Shown one piece after another: positions 62,958-64,000 of a DNA stretch of 64,000 nt. The notes beneath the pieces were generated by a model. The model did not search any database, was not told where the DNA came from, and saw only the letters and a list, made by a program, of their open reading frames with translations. A program made the translations under genes and the position numbers. Source of the stretch: Vicugna vicugna (Eukaryota); contig MU058636.1 in NCBI GenBank assembly GCA_013265495.1, forward strand, positions 3,583,967 through 3,647,966. The letters are read 5' to 3'. Every line of letters begins with the position of its first letter. The first letter of the stretch is position 1.

Positions 62958-63314
62958 CCAGCTGACGGTCTTACTCAAGCCCCTTGACCACTGGAGCCCA
63001 TATTTCCACATCTGGAAGTAGAAAGGTGATACCAGCCATGTGAGGAGGACCCCAGTTAGACAGGGGGTATGAGAACACCCTGTAAACTACACCATGATGT
63101 CAGCACAAGGAAGTACGACTATCATTAAAGGTCTTTGGTTTCTTCCAGCCCGAGGCTCTTTGCTGAGCTTCCCATCAGCCCCGACTGTCAGAACCCGAGG
63201 CCTCTGCTGGATTTTGTGACCAGCGTCAACAGCATAATGACTGTATTAATGCTGGGCCAGCAGCATCATTTGGCGTCTGTGACACTGACACGGGTGTTGT
63301 CCTTTCTCCACTAG

Positions 63315-63396
63315 TGCCTGCCGCCTTTGCTGGGCTGATGTACCTGTTTGTGAGGCAGAAGTACTTCGTCGGCTATCTGGGAGAGAGAACTCAGAG
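63315..63396 (+). CDS. ALOX5AP: ALOX5AP coding exon 4 (the final exon lies beyond the window)
   Basis: Acceptor cctttctccactag|, 82 nt, (V)PAAFAGLMYLFVRQKYFVGYLGERTQ(S), donor AG|GTAGGC. Phase is consistent. Confidence 0.97.
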
Positions 63397-64000
63397 GTAG
63401 GCCCCTGGGGCTGTTTCAGAACCGTGGAGGGAGTCACAGTTTTTCAACAGAAAGAGGGATCGTTCACACAGACCATTAATGCCGACGGTTAACCTGTGGG
63501 ACCATGTGGGGTTGGAGGGCGGAGCTGCCTAGGAGCCTTCATCCTTTCCTCCTTGGACTTTGCTGGTTCTGAAAATGCAGCTGGGGCACTTGACTGGTTT
63601 TCCCATGAAAAAATTCCTCTACATGCTGTTGGGCTCACAAAGGATGCTTTAACGCGTTCCCTGCAATCCCACATCCTCCACTCCCACCCTGCAGAGTCTG
63701 GGGCTTGAATGAGTTCTGTGTCTGGCTCCCCAAGGCCTTCTTTGAGTGAAACATGTCATTGTTTGCCTAGAGAAATGAGAACTAAAGCCTGCACCTTGTG
63801 ATAAGTTCTCTTGAGTAACACATCATCCGGAGACCGGCAGAAAGAATGTTGAGAAAGTAGGGTAAAATAACGTGCAGCAAACAGAGGACATGGAGAGAGC
63901 CAGCACCGTGTTGCTTACAGACGTTGCCCAGAGCGGCAGTGGTACTTTGACTAGACCTGGGTTGGGAAGTCTGGATGTTAGTAGAATAAATGCTAACACT

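Overview
Mammalian genomic DNA, most likely a camelid (four copies of a Vic-1-like tRNA-derived SINE), covering the USPL1 to ALOX5AP interval. It contains the 3' part of the large last coding exon of USPL1 (+, frame open from base 2, stop at 1289-1291), a canonical tRNA-Asn(GTT) gene (-, 6777-6850) at the edge of a CpG island, about 40 kb of repeat-rich intergenic DNA (L1, L2, MIR, MLT1/MLT2/ERVL, hAT and Tigger fossils), and ALOX5AP/FLAP exons 1-4 (+; the last exon lies beyond the window). I found no convincing new biological system, and almost all ORF-track entries are spurious or repeat-derived. The most notable observations are: a frameshifted remnant (31641-31755) resembling the upstream coding exon of the human long ALOX5AP isoform; a three-level L1/ERVL/L1 nest with recoverable target-site duplications (TSDs); a DHNY (HCF-1-binding-type) motif in the USPL1 tail; and a compact C/EBP + PU.1-IRF + AP-1 motif cluster in ALOX5AP intron 2. 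Gene and repeat-family names and human comparisons come from recall, not database searches. Repeat boundaries without TSDs are approximate.
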